DNA of 20,776 nucleotides from Octopus sinensis (taxonomy: Eukaryota): NCBI RefSeq assembly GCF_006345805.1, contig NW_021824332.1:1-20776 (forward strand), given 5' to 3'. The translations under genes and the position numbers were made by a program. Each line of letters begins with the position of its first letter. Position 1 is the stretch's first letter. Shown piece by piece: positions 20,098 to 20,776 of this stretch. Below the pieces are notes generated by a model that saw nothing but the letters and a program-made list of their open reading frames with translations, was not told the DNA's origin and did no database searches.

Positions 20098-20389
20098 ACC
20101 GATGGGCTTCTTTACACTTTACCTGAAAAATTCTTCAAGGCTGAGCCTCAGCATGGCCACAATCTAATGAGAGCTTTTAGTCGCTATCACTTTCAAGCAC
20201 CATAAAATCATTTTCCCGCTTTGCGGTAACTTTAGAGTTTCAATTCCGTTACTTTTTTTCTTGTTTCATTGTTTTTTTTTTTGTTTCATTGTGTAAAGTA
20301 CAAAGAAGTGGCGAAGAAGGGTAGGATTTCTTCGTTCTTTACACTTTACGCTTTACCAGCTTCACTTTGAGTTATTGATTACCCGGATC

Positions 20390-20776
20390 TACAGAAAATT
20401 TGCCTAAGATGCTTCCCACTTCGCACAACGAATCTCAACAACCAGACTCGATCGATGAAGCCCCTTGTCAAAAGATACCATGCGGCCTCATTTTCCATCG
20501 AAGTCGGCTGCCGTGGCTTCCCACCAGGGCCAGTGCGCTATTTCCTGCAGAAGATAGATCTGGCATTTACCCAACTGAAGAAAGCCATCAAGAAATACAG
20601 GTACAGCAGTTGAAACTAGCTGAAAATGGTTATGGTTAATAAGAGACTACAAGTGGAACCCTTCTGTGGGTGAAGACTGTCTCAGTCCTCGCACGCACGC
20701 ATAGGTAAAGTGTACAAATTAAGGGGGTCGGATGCTTGCGACACTGCGAAATCTGCTTATGATACGGAAGGGTTCC
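20390..20776 (+). mobile_element. HERO-like non-LTR retrotransposon remnant (restriction-like endonuclease C-terminus and 3' UTR)
   Basis: The + strand gives YHAASFSIEVGCRGF (IEVGCRGF at 20497-20520), LKKAIK, and after a frameshift TAVETS*KWLWLIRDYKW (KWLWLIR at 20624-20644). This matches the PIEVGCRGF...AAE.ASRWLWLKR terminus of HERO-type RLE elements. Confidence 0.8.

Noticed and set aside
20574-20612. CUGAAGA...GAAA...GUA on the plus strand as a hammerhead
   Set aside because: Neither helix I nor helix II forms, and it lies within the coding remnant of the HERO-like element.

Overview
Eukaryotic, AT-rich, repeat-saturated DNA, most likely from an octopus (coleoid cephalopod). The taxon is inferred from my recognition of the tRNA-derived SINE families and the huge (TA)n/(TATG)n/(GAT)n arrays; no search was run. 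There is no complete protein-coding gene, and the long ORFs in the supplied track are translations of microsatellites or decayed retroelements. The window holds four RTE-clade LINE 3' fragments, one CR1 3' fragment, one HERO-like (restriction-like endonuclease) non-LTR fragment and three tRNA-derived SINE families (two copies with target-site duplications). It also holds a ~420-bp TIR element carrying (CCCTAA)n, a ~1.8-kb degraded ORF-like segment, and a plausible terminal coding exon on the minus strand (2050-2152), which would make the rest of the window intronic. The most interesting signal is four minimal type-I hammerhead ribozyme motifs between 4.6 and 12.2 kb, of the kind known from Penelope-like elements, with a palindromic helix III. 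One is catalytically intact and has a possible pseudoknot; one has an intact core but a weak helix II; two carry point lesions in the core or cleavage site. All structures and alignments were read by eye and need computational confirmation.
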